From assembly GCA_947647115.1 (NCBI GenBank), contig CANSJB010000001.1:1971-65970 (forward strand): a DNA stretch of 64,000 nt, in the 5' to 3' direction. The notes below the pieces were generated by a model. The model searched no databases. It had not been told where the DNA came from and was given only the letters and a program-made list of their open reading frames with translations. Shown here piece by piece: positions 42,740 through 54,235 of the stretch. The stretch comes from an uncultured Clostridium sp. (GTDB taxonomy: Bacteria > Bacillota > Clostridia > TANB77 > CAG-508). Numbering within the stretch: the stretch's first letter is position 1; each line of letters starts with the position of its first letter. The position numbers were made by a program, and so were the translations under genes.

Positions 42740-44264
42740 GATATCTAGGAATAAATAGTTGTCTTCCTACTTGTAGTATTTGTGGGTTTTCTATTCCATT
42801 TACCCTAACAATATCATCTACTGTGCTTCCAAACCTTTTGGCAATGTTCCATATCGTATCATTTGGCTTAGCAAAATAAATAATCATACTATATCCGTTT
42901 TCTTTTGCTGTTTCTTCAGCTTGTATCTCATCTATAATTGAAATACTTGTGTCTTCCCCACTAATTGCTGTAAAGTTTAAATCTATTTTTATATCAATGC
43001 TTTCATCTGGCATTACTACAAAATCTTGCATATTAATTTCAATCATAGTATCTATATGTGTGTTTGGCATAACCCCTTCAAAGTCCATTGAAAAGTTAAG
43101 TGGTAGTGCTATTTGTTTCGTATCAATTCCTGTATTGTTGTTAGCTGCAAAAATAAAATTTAAGTTTAGCTCTCCATCATACATTATGCGATTATTTAAT
43201 ATGCTTTGTTTTTGAATATTAGTAGTTACTTCTACATCATAAATTTTGCGTGCTCCTATTTCTGGAATTACTTGCTTTTCCCTAATACTACAAACCTGCT
43301 GTTTTGTTTTACTTTTTTGCATTACTTTTACTTTTTTGGAGCTAAAATTTAGGTTAACACTTGGGCTATATAAATCTTGTATCATTTGTAGTTCTTTGTT
43401 TTCATAGGTATTACAGTACACCTCAATCTCAGCTTCTACATAAACAGAATGTTCTTCTATATTATTTGGTTTTATAATAACATTTTTCATTTCATATTTT
43501 ACATCACATAGGTGTTCCTCACTAATTCCTGGCATATCAACAAAACCTACAATTGGTATAATAGCATCTTTTATATTAATGCGATTATCTTCTGTTAAGT
43601 AAATCATTTTTACTTGTAAATCTGATTTAATAAGTACTTTATTATAACTTATTTTTGTATCTTTGTTAATTATTTTTAAATCTGTTTTCATCACTTCTAC
43701 TAGGTTATCAATTTCATCTATACTTATAGTGTCTTTAGCATATACCTTTGTACTTCCGCTTCCTAGTAATGAATTGATTTGAAAACTATCATTTAAAAGC
43801 TGCAAATCTTTTAAGTTAGAAACCTCCTTAATATATTCTACTGTTTCATTAGAAGATATTTTGCTTTCTATTTCTAATATTGCCTTTATTCTAACCTTTC
43901 TGCCATTTAGTACCTTGCTTTCAATACTTTTTAAAGTAACATTTATTTCTAAACTCATATTGCTTGTAGCTTGTGGCTCGTCAATCATTTGTGTAAAGTC
44001 TAAATTGGTATTTACACTTCTAACTTCATTTTGTTCAGAATCTGCTAAATACATGATATAAGTATTAATTGCTCCATCAATTTTAATTTTTCCATCTTGA
44101 ATTTCCTTTTTATAAATACATACCATACCACTATTGCTAATCACATTTAATATATCTGGCTTTATATCAGGAACTATACAATCATCTTCTACCATAAATG
44201 TATCTTTTTTTTGACTAATAATTTGGTTTAGCACTAGGCTATCTTTGGCTGTTTCAAGTGCCAT
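42732..44264 (-). CDS. LysM domain-containing protein (SpoVID-like spore coat morphogenetic protein candidate)
   Basis: 510 aa with a C-terminal LysM (DTIWNIAKRFGSTVDDIVRVNGIENPQILQVGRQLFIP). Confidence 0.55.
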   Translation of the reverse strand: MALETAKDSLVLNQIISQKKDTFMVEDDCIVPDIKPDILNVISNSGMVCIYKKEIQDGKIKIDGAINTYIMYLADSEQNEVRSVNTNLDFTQMIDEPQATSNMSLEINVTLKSIESKVLNGRKVRIKAILEIESKISSNETVEYIKEVSNLKDLQLLNDSFQINSLLGSGSTKVYAKDTISIDEIDNLVEVMKTDLKIINKDTKISYNKVLIKSDLQVKMIYLTEDNRINIKDAIIPIVGFVDMPGISEEHLCDVKYEMKNVIIKPNNIEEHSVYVEAEIEVYCNTYENKELQMIQDLYSPSVNLNFSSKKVKVMQKSKTKQQVCSIREKQVIPEIGARKIYDVEVTTNIQKQSILNNRIMYDGELNLNFIFAANNNTGIDTKQIALPLNFSMDFEGVMPNTHIDTMIEINMQDFVVMPDESIDIKIDLNFTAISGEDTSISIIDEIQAEETAKENGYSMIIYFAKPNDTIWNIAKRFGSTVDDIVRVNGIENPQILQVGRQLFIPRYHG

Positions 44265-44353
44265 TTTTTATCCCTCCTATTTTTATTTTTTCTTATAAAT
44301 CATATTAGGAAGGAACAAAAAAAATTCCTAAACTTAGGAATTTTTTGCGTATT

Positions 44354-44668
44354 TTATGCTAATTCTACTCTTGGCTTTTTTGGAATGATGGTTGGTGGTG
44401 GTATTAATGGGCTATAATTTTCTCCATCAAACACATCTACTTCAACTGTCCTTGTTAAAACGTCTGTATAACTATAGGTAACATTTCTTTTTTCTTCCTC
44501 ATATTTAATTACAAAAATATTTGGATAGGCTTTTTCTATTGTGGCTTCTTTTTCAAAAGATTTACATCTTCCTAGTGAACCTTTGACAATTATCTTTTGT
44601 CCTATCATTTCATTGATGTCTGTTTTCAAATTGGCAATATCATTTTGACAAATCATAGTATCACCCAC
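44354..44668 (-). CDS. veg: Veg protein (biofilm/sporulation-associated small protein)
   Basis: GRCKSFEKEATIEKAYPNIFVIKYEE...VTYSYTDVLTRTVEV matches the Veg family. Confidence 0.75.
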   Translation of the reverse strand: MGDTMICQNDIANLKTDINEMIGQKIIVKGSLGRCKSFEKEATIEKAYPNIFVIKYEEEKRNVTYSYTDVLTRTVEVDVFDGENYSPLIPPPTIIPKKPRVELA

Positions 44669-44848
44669 TTCATTTAAGATGAGCAGATTATATCATTCGG
44701 GTCTAAAATTGTCAAAAAATGTTTGTTTGTATCATTTCGCCATTTTTCTATATATTTTGCATGTTTCAAGATTTTGTTTTTGTTATGTTACAATTGTATT
44801 ACAATTTGATTACAGGTTTGTTACACGGTTATTTTTTAGTTACAACTA

Positions 44849-45676
44849 TTATATTAATAGCTCTTTTTTCTTGCCTTGTGCACCTATCCCACTAATACCT
44901 CTTTGACCATCTCGTAGTTCTTCTTCAATATCCCTTATTGTAATAAACTGCTTTTCTTTGGTGGTAGCTACTTTTTCTGCCACAATGAGTGGATCCATAA
45001 AATCTATTAAAATTCTTGCTGGAGATGAGGCGAAGTTTGCTCCTGCCATCATAATTCCTTCATAATAGCTTTGGCAAGCTCCTGCAAAAATGACTAAGTC
45101 TTTCTGCATAGGAACTTTTCTTGCCTCTTCTACTGCTTTTATAAAATACCTAGAATTTCTATAATTATATAAGTTATTAAATTGTGTGCCTTTTTTTATC
45201 ATGCCATCATGACCAGTTAACACTACTATATCTGGTTTATATCGTTGTATTAGGCTTGCTACATTTACTTGCTGCCTTCTTTCTGGTATATTTTTAACAA
45301 TCGCATTTAACCCCAGTCTTTTATAATATCTTCTAGACTTTTCACTATATTTTTTGTCTCCATCTAAATGCAAAATCTTGCCAGTATATATAATCATCTT
45401 TTCACGAAAAAATTGATTTTCTTTTAATTTCTTTTCTCTTTTTTGGATTCTGGCAGCTACTTTTTCTTCTAATAATCTTACATGCTCTTGTATTTTTCTA
45501 GTTTCTATTAGTTCTAAGTCCTCTGGCAAACTATCTGCTTGTATTCTAACAGTTAATCCTTTTAAAATAACAAGTTCTTGACCATCTACTGTTTTTATAA
45601 TTCTTTCTATAACAAATAGTATATCTTTTCCATAGGATATTCTTCCTACTATATCTCCTTTTTTTAGTCTTTTCAT
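44849..45676 (-). CDS. yabG: Sporulation-specific peptidase YabG
   Basis: 275 aa with the YabG-family signature DIVVLTGHDG...FAGACQS. Positioned beside veg. Confidence 0.75.
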   Translation of the reverse strand: MKRLKKGDIVGRISYGKDILFVIERIIKTVDGQELVILKGLTVRIQADSLPEDLELIETRKIQEHVRLLEEKVAARIQKREKKLKENQFFREKMIIYTGKILHLDGDKKYSEKSRRYYKRLGLNAIVKNIPERRQQVNVASLIQRYKPDIVVLTGHDGMIKKGTQFNNLYNYRNSRYFIKAVEEARKVPMQKDLVIFAGACQSYYEGIMMAGANFASSPARILIDFMDPLIVAEKVATTKEKQFITIRDIEEELRDGQRGISGIGAQGKKKELLI

Positions 45677-45767
45677 ATCATAACATCCTTTCTATCGGAA
45701 AGAATTTGTATTTTACAATACTTAGTTATGATATTTTATGTCGTTTTTTGTAAAAATGTGATGATTC

Positions 45768-47228
45768 CTAAATGTTTTTTATATTTTTCTTTTTAAATAC
45801 AATAAAGGTGGTAACTAGCATAATTAGCATATATATAGCAATGATTGCTATGGAAAATATTAGATTAATTCCTGGAAATTCTGGCAAACCTCCAAAAAGA
45901 TATTGGCTCAAATCCCAATTTGGCGTTACAAAAAATTTTAGCCAGTATAATTTTAAGTTTAAGCCCAGCATGTTAATAATCGGACCTCCCATATACCCTA
46001 AAAGCCCAATGGTAATTCCTAATGCTGAATTTGTAAATAATGTACTTATCGCAAAGGTTAATGTCATAAGTAATAGGTAAATTGGTAATTTTCCTAGGGT
46101 TTGCATTGCCATATAAGCTATGATATTTACTTCTTGTATTTGGTTTGTATTATGATTATACACTACAGCTGGAACCTTAAAGCTTGAAAAGCCTTGTATA
46201 AGCCCTCCTATTACATATTGCATAAGAATAACTATTATAATAATCATAATTAATAAAAGGATACATGTGATAAATTTAGCTGCTAAAATAGTTGTTCTTT
46301 TATATGGTTTAATTAATAATAATTTTATAGTACCTTTGTTAAACTCTTCACTTATAATAGTTCCTGCTATCATAATAATCATAATGATAATAAATAATTC
46401 AAATTGATTTAAAGAGTCTAATAATATGCCTCTTGCATTTGATGTATTCCCAGCAGTTGTTCCATGTTCTATATCATATTTAGCAATAGCTGCTGTTTCT
46501 AAACTGCCATAATATTGCTTTTTATTATTATGTTCTTCTTTATGATTTTCATTTGCATTTTCATATTCTCTGATTGCGGATTTTGCATTTTGATAGTTAG
46601 CCAAACAGCCATTTTTGTAATCATTTCCATAAGGAATCTCTTTTTCTAGCCTCCAGTTTAAAACCTGTTTTTCTATTTCTAGGTCAGCTAGTTGTTCTTC
46701 TATTTGTGCCAAATTTGATTTATTCTTGGTTTGCTGTTTTAATTCAGTTTGCTCTAACAAATTTTTTTCTACTTGTTTTATTTCTTCTTTTACAAAATAG
46801 TGCCAATCCCCTAAATCTAATTTAGCAATTAATTCATTATATTGTTTTTGTGCTGCTTGGTATTTTTGCTCATTTTTAATGTTGTAGGTAGCATCATTCA
46901 TTTGATTGATAAATATCCTTACTTGGCTATAAATAATTCTTGCTTGCCAAGTATTATCTCCTCCATATTTTTTTACTAAATTTGCTGAGTCTAATTCTGT
47001 TTTTACAGACACATATTCTTCTTTTCCATGTTTATCATTTATATCAATACTGGCTAGATATTTCTCGTAATAATCAATGTCTACTGAACTACTAAAGCTA
47101 ATTCCTGCCTGATTGTACTGATACATAAAGTTACATAAAATAATAAATCCAAAAGTAATTATAAGTGTAATATAAATACTTTTTTTCTTAAATATCTTTG
47201 TCAATTCATTTTTTATTAAATTAATCAA
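45768..47228 (-). CDS. ABC-2 family transporter permease with a large extracytoplasmic N-terminal domain
   Basis: N-terminal TM helix, a ~230-aa loop and 5 C-terminal TM helices. Overlaps the downstream ATPase gene by 8 nt. Confidence 0.65.
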   Translation of the reverse strand: MINLIKNELTKIFKKKSIYITLIITFGFIILCNFMYQYNQAGISFSSSVDIDYYEKYLASIDINDKHGKEEYVSVKTELDSANLVKKYGGDNTWQARIIYSQVRIFINQMNDATYNIKNEQKYQAAQKQYNELIAKLDLGDWHYFVKEEIKQVEKNLLEQTELKQQTKNKSNLAQIEEQLADLEIEKQVLNWRLEKEIPYGNDYKNGCLANYQNAKSAIREYENANENHKEEHNNKKQYYGSLETAAIAKYDIEHGTTAGNTSNARGILLDSLNQFELFIIIMIIMIAGTIISEEFNKGTIKLLLIKPYKRTTILAAKFITCILLLIMIIIIVILMQYVIGGLIQGFSSFKVPAVVYNHNTNQIQEVNIIAYMAMQTLGKLPIYLLLMTLTFAISTLFTNSALGITIGLLGYMGGPIINMLGLNLKLYWLKFFVTPNWDLSQYLFGGLPEFPGINLIFSIAIIAIYMLIMLVTTFIVFKKKNIKNI

Positions 47229-48131
47229 TTTTATTTCCTCCCGTCTTTTTCAAAAATGCATCTTCTAGACTCATTTTCTCTTCACAAACTGTATAAATTT
47301 TTATGTTTTGTTTTACCAATTCTTCTACTATATTTGGTATTTTATCTTTAGTTACTTCTATGCTAAATTGCATCGTACTATTTATTTGTATTGGATAAGA
47401 TAAAATTTCCTTTACTTTTTTAGTGGTATCTACTTCTATTTTATAATGTGTTTTTGCCTCTCTTTTTACTTTTTCTAGGTCTTCTTCTTCAATTACTTCT
47501 CCATTTTGAATAATACATACTTTGTTACATAGTGTTTCTATTTCTGCTAAATTATGGCTTGAAATAAAAATTGCCATGTTTTGATTTTGTGCCAAGTCTT
47601 TTAATAATTCTCTCATTTCTTTTATGCCTTCTGGGTCTAGTCCATTGGTTGGTTCATCTAAAATCAGCAAATTCGGACTGTGAAGTATGGCTTGTGCTAC
47701 TCCTAGCCTTTGCCTCATTCCTAAAGAATATTTAGATACTTTGTCATCTATCCTATTTTCTAATTTTACTAACTTTACTACTTCTTGTATTCTTTCTTTG
47801 GTAATTCCTTCATACATATTAGCTACTATCTTTAGGTTTTCATATCCTGTTAAATACATATAAAGGTCTGGATTTTCAATGATAGCCCCTACATTCCTGA
47901 TCGCTTTTGTAAAATCTTTTTCAATGTCTTTTCCATTAATCATTACTGTTCCGACTATCTATACTTTGCAAACCTAAAATAAGTTTAATGGTAGTGGTTT
48001 TACCGTGCCCCATTTGGACCTATAAATCCTAAAATATCACCTTGATATAGGTTAACAGATACTCCTTTTAAAATTTGCTTTTTTCCTAATTTTTTATATA
48101 GGTCTTTGCAAGAAAGTATAATCTCTCCCAT
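47221..48131 (-). CDS. ABC transporter ATP-binding protein. Needs +1 frame changes at two in-frame CGGs (complements of 48003-48005 and 47951-47953).
   Basis: Start 48131 with RBS GGAGGA. The first break is inside Walker A (GPNGA|GKTTTIKL) and the second at SIDS|GTVMINGKDIEKDF. The signature LGMRQRL and Walker B ILDEP are downstream. Confidence 0.8.
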
Positions 48132-48469
48132 TTTTTCCTCCTTCTTTCTTTTAGCTATATAGCCTTTAATAGTCTTATTTTATCACAAATTTTCTTAAGA
48201 AAAAAGTTGTTATTTCTTAAGTTTTTCTTTATTTATAAACTGATAATATTTTAAAACATTATCTTAACTGGGTGTTTATGAGCTTTACTTATAAATTACA
48301 AAAAAAGCCTTGCTTTATTTTAGTTAATATGTTACAATAGGTGTGGCTTAAAAAAGCTTAAATGAATTTAATTATTTTGTAAACACTCCCCCTTCTTAAT
48401 TTTGATATTTAGAAAGGTTCAATGGGTCAAAATATTAAATATCAGAATTAATAAAGGAGGGATTTTATA

Positions 48470-48631
48470 ATGGCTGATAAAACTTTAACTTGTAAAGATT
48501 GTGGAGCTGAGTTTGTTTTCACAGAAGGTGAACAACAATTCTATGCTGAAAAAGGTTTTACAAATGAACCTCAAAGATGCCCAGAATGTAGAAAAGCAAG
48601 AAAAGCTCAAAGAAATAACTACAATAACTAA
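48470..48631 (+). CDS. Small zinc-ribbon protein (CxxC-x27-CxxC)
   Basis: RBS AAAGGAGGG, 53 aa: MADKTLTCKDCGAEFVFTEGEQQFYAEKGFTNEPQRCPECRKARKAQRNNYNN. Confidence 0.6.
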   Translation: MADKTLTCKDCGAEFVFTEGEQQFYAEKGFTNEPQRCPECRKARKAQRNNYNN

Positions 48632-48639
48632 TTGTTAAA

Positions 48640-48698
48640 AAGAAGAAAAATAAAAAAGCATTCGTAAATAAAAATACGAGTGCTTTTTTATTTTCTTT
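48640..48698. terminator. Bidirectional terminator between the zinc-ribbon gene and spoIIID
   Basis: AAAAAGCATTCGTA...TACGAGTGCTTTTTT. Confidence 0.5.
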
Positions 48699-48967
48699 TA
48701 TATTGCTTCTTTATGATCATTACTGTATTTTAATTTAGTTGCCATCCCTCCCCTAATATGCCTTTGTGCTTTATTTTCGTCTAAAATTTCTCTTACCTTA
48801 TGTGCTAATATTGGGTTTATCCTAAGTAATCTTTCGCTTACATCCTTGTGTACAGTACTTTTACTAATTCCAAATTTTTTGGCTGCTCCCCTTACCGTAT
48901 CTTTGCTATCTATGATATATTTTGCGAGTTGTGTTGCACGCTCTTCTATTGAACTGTTTTTTTCCAA
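48698..48967 (-). CDS. spoIIID: Stage III sporulation protein D (HTH regulator)
   Basis: 89 aa. AAKKFGISKSTVHKDV is the HTH typical of SpoIIID. Confidence 0.8.
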   Translation of the reverse strand: MEKNSSIEERATQLAKYIIDSKDTVRGAAKKFGISKSTVHKDVSERLLRINPILAHKVREILDENKAQRHIRGGMATKLKYSNDHKEAI

Positions 48968-49339
48968 ATGAAAAACCCCCTTGATATTTCTGCTGTTTGT
49001 TACAGTTTATTCAAGGAAGGTTTGTATTAGAACTTAAGGGCATTTTTTTATTTCCCCTTAATTTTTATAAAGTTATTGCACAGATGGCCTATATGCTAAT
49101 TCTTTTACTCTATTTATGTCTTTTTTAGCATGGGTTCTATTTTCCTAAAAATTTGCATTACTTTGCCAGAACCCATCTAGGCAGCTACAATCGTAATATA
49201 GTGATTGGCAACTACCCAAATAATCTTTTTTTCGTAGGTTGTAATTAGTAATATCATAATGTATCTTCTTAAATAAAATCGGATTTTCAAAATAATTGTC
49301 AATGTACTATTTTAATCCCCTCACATCTTTATGTAAATT

Positions 49340-49385
49340 TCATGTTTTTGTCTTTCGACAAAAAAAGACACATTTTGTCGAAAAT
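49340..49385. promoter_or_regulatory. Nested perfect palindromes (candidate operator) in a 630-bp non-coding region
   Basis: TGTCTTT-CGACAAA-AAAGACA overlaps TTTCGACAAAA-N9-TTTTGTCGAAA. Confidence 0.4.
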
Positions 49386-49597
49386 ATATGTATTTTTTAT
49401 TTTACCATTTTCATACCATTTTTTTCCAAATTTACAATTCATTTCCTCAGCATTTTTCGCATATTTTACATTTTTTGATACAGAATAATATTAGAAAATT
49501 ATATGGGACTTGTTAAGAAACTTTTACTTATTTGTTTCTTTGAACTCCCCAAAATAAATGCTATATATAATTTATAAAAATTATGGAGGGAAAAAAT

Positions 49598-49924
49598 ATG
49601 GCACTAGATTATACCATTATTGGTCAAAGATTGAAAAAAGCTAGAACAGACAAAAACATGACTCAGGAGAAATTAGCAGAGCAGCTAGACGTTTCTATTG
49701 CATTCTTAAGTAGAATTGAAAGAGGTAACTCACACATTAATTTGAAGAGATTAACTCAAATTTGTGATATTTTAGGAGTTACAGAAGGTTTTATCTTAAA
49801 TGGTGCTTCTAGTAAATCTGTAAACTATCTTTCTTCTGAATTTAGTGAGGTTTTAAACTCTGTTTCTCCAGAAAAGCAAAAACTAATTTATAAAATAGCT
49901 CAAGTCATTAAAGAAGAAGAATAG
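49598..49924 (+). CDS. XRE-family HTH transcriptional regulator
   Basis: HTH_3 motif QEKLAEQLDVSIAFLSRIERG. RBS GGAGGG. Confidence 0.75.
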   Translation: MALDYTIIGQRLKKARTDKNMTQEKLAEQLDVSIAFLSRIERGNSHINLKRLTQICDILGVTEGFILNGASSKSVNYLSSEFSEVLNSVSPEKQKLIYKIAQVIKEEE

Positions 49925-50135
49925 TTTTTCTGAAAAAAGGTTATATTAAAAGTAAGAAATATGTAAAAAATATTTCTTGCTTTTTTAATATCTTACTTAA
50001 GCTTATTTTTAGACAAAATTTTGCATAAAAAATATTGATAATCATCAAAAGATATGTTATGCTAAATAAGATACGTTATAATTTTGGATGTACTTAATTT
50101 TTAATAAATACTTTATAGAAAGGATGATATTTAAA

Positions 50136-52379
50136 ATGGAATTTAAACAATGGAATGGTTTTAATAAACATGGTGAATGGACAAAAGAAATTGATGTAAG
50201 GAGCTTTATTCAAGCTAACTATACCCCATTTGAAGGAGATAGTTCCTTTTTGCAAGGTCCTACTTCTAAAACAAAACAATTATGGGATACTGTACTAGAA
50301 TTATACAAAAAAGAAAGAGAAAATGGCGATGTCTTAGATGTAGACACTAAAACTCCATCTGGTATTAATCGCTATGCACCTGGCTATATTAATCAAAACT
50401 TAGAAGAGATTGTAGGCCTTCAAACTGATAGTCCTTTAAAAAGAGCTATTATGCCAAATGGTGGTATTAGAATTGTAGAAAAATCTTGTGAAAGCTATGG
50501 CTACAGCGTAGATGAGCAAATCTCTCATATCTATCATAATTTAAGAAGAACTCATAATGATGGTGTTTTTGCTGTATATACCCCAGAAATCAGAGCAGCT
50601 AGAAGCTCACACTTAATTACAGGTCTTCCTGATGGTTATGGTCGTGGAAGAATTATTGGTGATTATAGACGTGTTGCTTTATATGGTGTAGATGTTTTAA
50701 TTACAGCAAAACAAACAGAACTTTCTATTATAGATTCTGATGAAATGACAGAAGAACTAATTCGAAAAAGAGAAGAAATCCATGATCAAATAATTAGCTT
50801 AAATGAATTAAAAGCAATGGCGCAAAGTTATGGTTTTGATATATCTGGTCCTGCCGAATCTGCCAAAGAGGCTTTTCAATGGCTATATTTTGGTTATTTA
50901 GGTGCTGTAAAAGACCAAAATGGCGCTGCTATGAGCTTAGGTAGAACCTCTACCTTTTTAGATATTTATATTGAACGTGATTTAAAAAATGGTACCTTAA
51001 CAGAACAACAAGCACAAGAGTTAATGGATCATTTTGTAATGAAATTACGTATGGTACGTTTTTTAAGAGCTCCTGAGTATAACAGTTTATTTAGTGGTGA
51101 CCCTGTTTGGGTTACTGAAAGTATTGGTGGTATGGGAATTGATGGTAGAACTTTAGTTACTAAAAACTCTTTTAGAGTTTTAAATACTCTAATTAATTTA
51201 GGCCCTGCCCCTGAACCAAATCTAACTGTATTATGGTCTAAAAACTTACCTGAAGGTTTTAAGAAGTTTTGTGCAGATGTTTCTATCAAAACCTCTTCTA
51301 TTCAATATGAAAATGATGATTTGATGAGAATAACTTTAGGTGACGATTATGGTATTGCTTGTTGTGTATCTGCTATGAAAATTGGCAAACAAATGCAATT
51401 TTTTGGTGCACGTGCTAACCTTGCTAAAACTCTATTATATGCTATTAATGGCGGTAGAGACGAAAAAAGCGGAAAACAAATTACACCTCGTTTTGAACCA
51501 ATCACTTCTGAATATTTAAATTATGACGAAGTAATGGAAAAACTTGATAATATGATGGAATATGTAGCTAAAATCTATATAAAATCACTAAATATGATTC
51601 ACTATATGCATGACAAATATTCTTATGAATCTTATGAAATGGCACTACATGACCCAGAAAGAGATTTATTAAGAACAATGGCTTGTGGTATTGCTGGTTT
51701 ATCTGTTGTAGCTGATTCCTTATCTGCTATTAAATATGCTAAAGTAAAAGTCATTCGTGATGATACTGGATTAGCTGTTGATTACGAAATAGAAGGTGAT
51801 TTTCCAAAATATGGTAATGATGACGATGCTGTTGATGATATTGCAGTTAATCTAGTAAAAACTTTTATGCATAAGTTGCAAAAGCATCATACCTACAGAA
51901 ACTCTAGAGCAACGCTTTCTGTTTTAACAATTACTTCTAATGTAGTATATGGTAAAAACACTGGTAGTACACCAGATGGTAGAAAAGATGGTGAACCTTT
52001 TGGACCTGGAGCTAACCCACTTCATGGTAGAGATACCAATGGTGCCTTAGCTGTTATGAACACCATTTCTAAGCTTCCTTATGAATACTCAGAAGATGGT
52101 ATTTCTTACACCTTTTCTATTACACCTGGCACCCTTGGTAAAGATGATACGACAAGAACTAATAATCTAGTAAGTATGTTAGACGGATTTTTTATGCAGA
52201 CTGGTCATCATATTAATGTAAATGTATTTGATAGAGATTTATTAATAGATGCTATGGAACATCCTGAAAAATATCCACAACTTACAATTCGTGTTTCAGG
52301 CTATGCTGTTAACTTTACTAAATTAACTAAAGAACAACAATTAGACGTTATTCATAGAACTATCCATGAAAAAATCTAA
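50136..52379 (+). CDS. pflB: Formate C-acetyltransferase (pyruvate formate-lyase)
   Basis: Glycyl-radical motif RVSGY at the C-terminus and the catalytic Cys pair ([10 protein letters not shown]), about 748 aa. Confidence 0.9.
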   Translation: MEFKQWNGFNKHGEWTKEIDVRSFIQANYTPFEGDSSFLQGPTSKTKQLWDTVLELYKKERENGDVLDVDTKTPSGINRYAPGYINQNLEEIVGLQTDSPLKRAIMPNGGIRIVEKSCESYGYSVDEQISHIYHNLRRTHNDGVFAVYTPEIRAARSSHLITGLPDGYGRGRIIGDYRRVALYGVDVLITAKQTELSIIDSDEMTEELIRKREEIHDQIISLNELKAMAQSYGFDISGPAESAKEAFQWLYFGYLGAVKDQNGAAMSLGRTSTFLDIYIERDLKNGTLTEQQAQELMDHFVMKLRMVRFLRAPEYNSLFSGDPVWVTESIGGMGIDGRTLVTKNSFRVLNTLINLGPAPEPNLTVLWSKNLPEGFKKFCADVSIKTSSIQYENDDLMRITLGDDYGIACCVSAMKIGKQMQFFGARANLAKTLLYAINGGRDEKSGKQITPRFEPITSEYLNYDEVMEKLDNMMEYVAKIYIKSLNMIHYMHDKYSYESYEMALHDPERDLLRTMACGIAGLSVVADSLSAIKYAKVKVIRDDTGLAVDYEIEGDFPKYGNDDDAVDDIAVNLVKTFMHKLQKHHTYRNSRATLSVLTITSNVVYGKNTGSTPDGRKDGEPFGPGANPLHGRDTNGALAVMNTISKLPYEYSEDGISYTFSITPGTLGKDDTTRTNNLVSMLDGFFMQTGHHINVNVFDRDLLIDAMEHPEKYPQLTIRVSGYAVNFTKLTKEQQLDVIHRTIHEKI

Positions 52380-52380
52380 T

Positions 52381-52505
52381 TTGTCAATTTAGGGACGTTC
52401 TTTCTAGTGACAAAACTGTCAAAATAGGGACAGTCTTAAAAACTGAAAGTATGTCCCTATAATGACAAAAGTGTCACTAGAAAGAACGTCCCTAAACTGA
52501 CAAAA
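52381..52505. repeat. Palindromic intercistronic repeat, copy B
   Basis: 125-bp near-perfect palindrome with four TGTCAAwwTAGGGAC units. It fills the pflB stop to pflA RBS gap. Confidence 0.85.
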
Positions 52506-52522
52506 TAGGAGAAGATTATAAT

Positions 52523-53237
52523 ATGAATGCACAAATACACTCATTTGAATCTTTTGGTACTGTAGATGGACCTGGTATTAGGTTTGTCATTTTTATGCAA
52601 GGATGTAGTTTAAAATGTAAATATTGCCACAATAGAGATACATGGAATTTATGTGGTGGAACTACCTATAGTCTTAATGAAGTATTATTAAAAATAGAAA
52701 AATACAAAAATTATTTTATGTCTTCTGGTGGGGGTGTCACTCTAAGTGGAGGCGAACCATTATTACAACCTGAATTTATTACTGCATTACTGCAAGAATT
52801 ACAAAAACAAAATATTCATACTGCTATCGATACTTCTGGTAATTTTGCTATTACAGAAGATATTAAAAAAATAATTGATTTGACTGACTTATTTTTGCTT
52901 GATATTAAATGTATTAATGATGAAATTTGCAAAGATTTAACTGGAGTTTCTAATAAGCAAGAGCTTACTTTTGCTAAGTATCTAAGTAGTATTCGGAAAA
53001 CCCATGTGGATAAGACAAGTGTTAGTCCCTGAAATTACTGACAAAGAAGAAGACCTTGTAAAATTAAAAGAGTTTATATCCTCTCTTTCTACTGTAGAAA
53101 AAATAGAGTTTTTACCTTATCATAGCATGGGACGTTTTAAGTGGGAAGATCTTGGTTTTTCCTATGCTTTAGCAGATGTTAGAGAAGCCACTATAGAAGA
53201 TGTAAAAAGAGCTAAAAGAATTGTAACATTATATTAG
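52523..53237 (+). CDS. pflA: Pyruvate formate-lyase activating enzyme (radical SAM). Needs a +1 frame change at the in-frame CGG at 52994-52996.
   Basis: CxxxCxxC (CSLKCKYCHN) in ORF 52523..53032. The C-terminal GKPMWIRQVLVPEITD...FLPYHSMG continues in the +1 frame (ORF 53004..53237). Confidence 0.85.
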
Positions 53238-53245
53238 CTCTTTAT

Positions 53246-54088
53246 CTATTCTTTTATAACTTTCTTTAGTCCAAATGTAATAAAATAAATAACTCCCGAA
53301 ATTAGTACAATCATTGGCCCTGTTGGAATATTCCAATAATAAGAGATGATAAGTCCCATTACACCTGAAAATAATGAAAATATAATAGAAAATAAATGGT
53401 AACTTCTCATATTTCTAGCTATATTTCTGCTAGAAGCTGCTGGCAAAATTAGCAAAGAGTTAATAAGTAAAATACCTATCCAGCGAATCGAAATCATAAC
53501 AATTACCGCAATTAAAATAATAAAAATATTATCTATTAACTTTGTGTTTACTCCTCTACTTTTAGCAAGTGTTGTATTAATACTAAGTATATTTAATTTA
53601 TTAAATATAAAATACCAAAATGCAATAACTAGAATAAAGGATAAAAATAAGTATAAGATTTCAGTATCACTAATACTTAAAATATCTCCTACTAAATAAC
53701 TAGAATATTTATTAAAATTCCCACTCGAAGCAAGCATTGAAAGTCCCAGTGCTATAGCAATAGAAGAAAATACACTAATAATAGTATCTGCTCCATAGGT
53801 AGTTTTATTTTTTACATAATTGAGTAATAGAGCAAATACTACTGCAAAAAAAATCATTGAAATATTCATATTGGTAATTCCAAACACCATTCCAATTGCA
53901 ATACCAGTTAATGCTGAATGTCCTAATGCATCTGAAAAAAATGCCATCTTATTATTTACAATCATAGTTCCCAAAATGGCAAAAACAGGTGTTACTAAAA
54001 TAATAGCAAGTAACGCATTTTTCATAAAGGTATATTGCATAAACTCAAATGGTAATAGGGTTTCTAATATACTATAAATTGTTTCCAT
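53246..54088 (-). CDS. Metal (Zn/Mn) ABC transporter permease, ABC-3 family
   Basis: 280-aa polytopic ZnuB/MntB-like protein. RBS AGGAG. Confidence 0.75.
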   Translation of the reverse strand: METIYSILETLLPFEFMQYTFMKNALLAIILVTPVFAILGTMIVNNKMAFFSDALGHSALTGIAIGMVFGITNMNISMIFFAVVFALLLNYVKNKTTYGADTIISVFSSIAIALGLSMLASSGNFNKYSSYLVGDILSISDTEILYLFLSFILVIAFWYFIFNKLNILSINTTLAKSRGVNTKLIDNIFIILIAVIVMISIRWIGILLINSLLILPAASSRNIARNMRSYHLFSIIFSLFSGVMGLIISYYWNIPTGPMIVLISGVIYFITFGLKKVIKE

Positions 54089-54101
54089 CTTTTCTCCTTT
54101 T

Positions 54102-54225
54102 TTGTCAATTTAGGGACGTTCTTTTTTTTGACACTTTTGTCATTTCAGGGACACTCGTGATATATTTTAAAGTCTGTCCCTCTTTTGACATTTTTGTCAT
54201 TTTAAAGAACGTCCCTAAATTGACA
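54102..54225. repeat. Palindromic intercistronic repeat, copy C (more degenerate)
   Basis: Same TTGTCAATTTAGGGACGTTC termini. It fills the znuC stop to znuB RBS gap. Confidence 0.8.
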
Positions 54226-54235
54226 TTTAAATTCT

